Positions 5,436-8,113 of a stretch of DNA of 8,113 bases are shown piece after piece. Source of the DNA: a virus (taxonomy: Duplodnaviria; Heunggongvirae; Uroviricota; Caudoviricetes); the IMG/VR virus record IMGVR_UViG_2693429779_000008. One strand, written 5' to 3'. The position numbers and the translations under genes are program-made. Position 1 is the first letter of the stretch. Every line of letters starts with the position of its first letter. The notes beneath the pieces are model-generated. The model worked only from the letters and a program-made list of their open reading frames with translations, was not told the origin of the DNA and searched no databases.

Positions 5436-7289
5436 ATGGCATTTAAACACTATGACGTGGTCAGGGCGGCATCGCCGTCAGACCTTGCGAAACGACTGAC
5501 ACAAAAACTGAAGGAGGGCTGGCAGCCGTTTGGTAGTCCGGTGGCCATAACCCCTTATACCCTGATGCAGGCGATTGCAGCAGAAGGTGATGTGGTCGTC
5601 AGTGGTGCAACTGAGCCGGAGTGGTACTACGTCATCGTACTGGCCGGGCAATCCAATGCCATGGCTTACGGTGAAGGTCTTCCGCTTCCGGATTCATACG
5701 ATGCGCCCCATCCGCGCATTAAGCAACTGGCCCGTCGTAACACAGTGACTCCCGGTGGTGAAGTATGCGTATTTAACGACATCATTCCTGCTGACCATTG
5801 TCTGCATGATGTTCAGGATATGAGTACGATTAACCATCCCCGGGCTGACCTGAGCAAAGGGCAGTACGGCTGTGTCGGACAGGGCTTACATATTGCCAAA
5901 AAACTGCTTCCGTATATCCCTAATAATGCGGGGATCCTGCTGGTACCATGCTGTTGTGGTGGTTCGGCATTCACCCAGGGCACGGAGGGGACATTCAGCG
6001 AGTCCACGGGGGCCAGTCAGGATTCGGCTCGCTGGGGAGTGGGTAAGCCGTTATATCAGGATCTGCTTTTCCGCACGAAGGCAGCATTGCAGAAAAACCC
6101 GAAAAACGTTTTGCTGGCGATATGCTGGATGCAGGGGGAATTCGATATGACGAATGCCAGTTACGCCCAGCAGCCAGCAGCATTTCTTGCAATGGTACAG
6201 CAGTTCCGTGCTGACCTTGCCGGGCTGGCGGCGCAGTGTCACGGTGGAAGTCCGGCATCAGTCCCCTGGATTTGTGGCGACACGACATACGCGTGGAAAC
6301 AAGAACACGGTACGCAATATGAAGTGGTATATGGTGCATATAAAGGTAAAGAATCCCAGCAGATTTATTTTGTTCCCTTTATGACCGATGGTAGCGGAGT
6401 TAATACACCGACAAACAACCCGTCAGAAGATCCTGATATTGCCGGGTCTGGTTATTACGGTTCGGCATCCCGAACGAACAAAAACTGGGTATCATCAAAT
6501 CGCCCGACGCATTTCAGCTCATGGGCGCGTCGTGGCATTATTCCCGATCGTATGGCAACTGCTATTCTGAACGTAGCCGGTCGCACCTTAGCCTTCATTA
6601 GTGGTAAGGCACCGGAAATCAAACCCTCGCCCGGCGGCGACACGCCATCGGGGCCGTCTGAAGATGCATCCATACGCACAATCTCCCTGTTGCCGACAGC
6701 CGGAGACGCTGCTGCGCAGGGCTGGAGCATTAAGAATGGCGGAGTTCAGTTGTCAGATGGTGTATTTAAGATCACCAAGCAGAGCAATAAAGCCTGGTCC
6801 CTGACGCGCCCGGTGGATGACGCAGTCTCCCTGCTGACACGGGGTGGCAGACTGAGCTGTAAGTTTCGACTGTCAGGCGCACTGACCAACAACCAGTTCG
6901 GTCTGGGAATTTATCTGTATACCGATGTAGCGTTACCTGACGTCGTGGCGATGACCGGGACTGGTAACCCGTTCCTGATGTCGTTCTTCACCCAGACCAC
7001 AGACGGCAAACTGAATCTGATGCATCACAAGAAAGCAGGAAACACAAAGTTGGGCGAGTTCGGGAATTACAGTAACGACTGGCTGACGCTGGAGCTGGTG
7101 TTCACCGCCGGCAGTGCCACGGTTACTCCGAAACTGAATGGAGTGGCTGGCCCGGCATTCCAGGTCATAAAAGACAGTCTGACACTGGGGCTGAATGCGC
7201 TGACGCTGACGGATATTACCAAAAATGCAGCGTATGGCGTTGAGATAGAAAGTCTGGTGCTGGAGATAAATGCACCGGCATCATCATAA
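5436..7289 (+). CDS. nanS-p: Prophage NanS-p-type sialate O-acetylesterase (DUF1737 N-terminus, SGNH/SASA esterase core, C-terminal domain of unknown function), 617 aa
   Basis: ATG at 5436 is preceded by GGGAGG. The GQSNA motif carries the SGNH-family catalytic serine. The N-terminus matches the DUF1737 pattern of Stx-prophage esterases that normally lie between the stx/tRNA region and the lysis genes. Recognition-based; no search was run. Confidence 0.9.
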   Translation: MAFKHYDVVRAASPSDLAKRLTQKLKEGWQPFGSPVAITPYTLMQAIAAEGDVVVSGATEPEWYYVIVLAGQSNAMAYGEGLPLPDSYDAPHPRIKQLARRNTVTPGGEVCVFNDIIPADHCLHDVQDMSTINHPRADLSKGQYGCVGQGLHIAKKLLPYIPNNAGILLVPCCCGGSAFTQGTEGTFSESTGASQDSARWGVGKPLYQDLLFRTKAALQKNPKNVLLAICWMQGEFDMTNASYAQQPAAFLAMVQQFRADLAGLAAQCHGGSPASVPWICGDTTYAWKQEHGTQYEVVYGAYKGKESQQIYFVPFMTDGSGVNTPTNNPSEDPDIAGSGYYGSASRTNKNWVSSNRPTHFSSWARRGIIPDRMATAILNVAGRTLAFISGKAPEIKPSPGGDTPSGPSEDASIRTISLLPTAGDAAAQGWSIKNGGVQLSDGVFKITKQSNKAWSLTRPVDDAVSLLTRGGRLSCKFRLSGALTNNQFGLGIYLYTDVALPDVVAMTGTGNPFLMSFFTQTTDGKLNLMHHKKAGNTKLGEFGNYSNDWLTLELVFTAGSATVTPKLNGVAGPAFQVIKDSLTLGLNALTLTDITKNAAYGVEIESLVLEINAPASS

Positions 7290-7374
7290 AAAGTGAGCCA
7301 GCCAAATGGAAGGTATCGTTAAACTCACCGGTAGTGTCAGTGGGTCGTCTGAGATGCCTGCATGAGTTATCAGA

Positions 7375-7404
7375 GCCATCAGTACTTAACTGGTGGCTTT
7401 TTTT
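7375..7404 (+). terminator. Rho-independent terminator downstream of nanS-p
   Basis: Stem GCCATCAG/CTGGTGGC (one G-U pair) with loop TACTTAA, then TTTTTTT (7398-7404). Confidence 0.6.
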
Positions 7405-7439
7405 ATTGTTGTCAGCTTCCGGATAACGGGAGACGGGGT

Positions 7440-7655
7440 ATGTACCAGATGGAAAAAATCACAACAGGTGTGTCATACACCACGTCAGCGGTGGGAACGG
7501 GCTACTGGTTCCTGCAGTTGCTGGACAGGGTTTCCCCGTCTCAGTGGGCGGCAATAGGCGTGCTGGGGAGTCTGCTGTTTGGGCTGCTGACATATCTGAC
7601 TAACCTGTATTTCAAAATCAGAGAGGACCGTCGTAAGGCTGCACGGGGAGAGTAA
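7440..7655 (+). CDS. S: Class II pinholin, phage 21 S-type, with dual start motif (MYQM...)
   Basis: GGAGACGGGG Shine-Dalgarno precedes ATG 7440, with a second in-frame ATG at 7449, matching the antiholin/holin dual start of S21. The sequence ...[51 protein letters not shown] matches S21 as recalled. The ORF track's longer ORF from 7362 runs through the upstream terminator and is unlikely to be translated. Confidence 0.85.
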   Translation: MYQMEKITTGVSYTTSAVGTGYWFLQLLDRVSPSQWAAIGVLGSLLFGLLTYLTNLYFKIREDRRKAARGE

Positions 7656-7659
7656 TTCA

Positions 7660-7974
7660 ATGACTCAAAACTATGAACTGATTGTGAAAGGGATCCGCAA
7701 TTTTGAGAATAAAGTTACGGTAACTTTAGCGTTACGGGACAAAAAACGCTTTGACGGTGAAATTTTTGACCTGGACATCTCGCTGGACCGTGTTGAAGGT
7801 GCCGCGCTGGAGTTTTATGAGGCAGCAGCCAGAAGGAGCATCAGACAGGTCTTCTTGGATGTTGCTGCCGGGTTATGTGAAGGGGACGAGCTGTTGCCAG
7901 AAACGCGCCCCTGTTCAGAGGCGCGGTATACCATAAAAATTAACAGTTCTGATAACTCGATTACGGGTTGTTAG
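7660..7974 (+). CDS. Hypothetical lysis-cassette protein (104 aa) between holin and endolysin
   Basis: ATG at 7660 is preceded by GGGGAGAG that overlaps the holin stop. Acidic, soluble-looking sequence. I recall similar small ORFs (possibly DUF1327) in this position in E. coli prophages, but cannot verify. Confidence 0.55.
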   Translation: MTQNYELIVKGIRNFENKVTVTLALRDKKRFDGEIFDLDISLDRVEGAALEFYEAAARRSIRQVFLDVAAGLCEGDELLPETRPCSEARYTIKINSSDNSITGC

Positions 7975-8029
7975 CTTTTTGCAGTTGGCTTTCCAGTATC
8001 TTTCATTGGTAGCATCCTGATAAATATCC

Positions 8030-8113
8030 ATGAGCGCAAAAATCAAATACGGCCTGTCAGCTGCTGTTCTGGCGCTGATTGCAAAATGGCATCTGAATCG
8101 ATCGCAGTTTGGC
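8030..8113 (+). CDS. Probable endolysin (signal-anchor-release type) N-terminus, 3' partial
   Basis: ATG at 8030 opens MSAKIKYGLSAAVLALIA..., an Ala/Gly/Leu-rich weakly hydrophobic N-terminus typical of SAR endolysins that partner with pinholins. Only 28 codons lie inside the window and the Shine-Dalgarno is weak. Confidence 0.4.
   Translation, partial: MSAKIKYGLSAAVLALIAKWHLNRSQFG

Noticed and set aside
5813-6804. Eight short ORFs on both strands nested inside nanS-p (5813..6007, 5872..6150, 5995..6339, 6051..6242, 6154..6384, 6388..6570, 6455..6730, 6601..6804)
   Set aside because: All are contained within the 617-codon esterase gene, which has a strong ribosome-binding site and a recognisable catalytic motif. 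They are alternative-frame artefacts.
7362-7439. Upstream extension of the holin ORF (track start at 7362) and nested ORF 7751..7936
   Set aside because: The extension overlaps the nanS-p terminator and lacks a ribosome-binding site, whereas the ATG at 7440 has a strong Shine-Dalgarno and reproduces the S21 dual-start motif. 7751..7936 is an internal alternate frame of the 7660-7974 ORF.

Overview
This window reads as the late-gene region of a lambdoid (Stx-phage-like) prophage of an Escherichia/Shigella-type host, almost entirely on the + strand. In order: the 3' end of a Q-like antiterminator gene with a pR'-like promoter and terminator; a small HTH protein plus an orphan beta-class DNA methyltransferase; an ileZ-argN-argO-like tRNA triplet; a heavily rearranged moron zone; a full-length NanS-p-type sialate O-acetylesterase; and the start of the lysis cassette (S21-like pinholin, a small unknown ORF, a partial endolysin). 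No stx genes are present. The most unusual content is the moron zone (2381-5242). It holds four copies of a roughly 190-220 bp module (a conserved TTGACA hexamer, conserved hairpins, and a terminator), three near-identical and one clearly diverged. Between them sit a second tRNA triplet with a degenerate middle member, an unrecognised ORF (3004-3357), an AT-rich island with an antisense Cys-containing ORF (3805-4140), and a 33-codon relic of the nanS-p 5' end. At least nine hairpin-plus-T-run terminators lie in series on the + strand, which fits a Q-antiterminated late operon. All calls come from reading the sequence and the ORF track by eye; no homology search or folding was run, so product names are recognition-based and the candidate novel elements are hypotheses.
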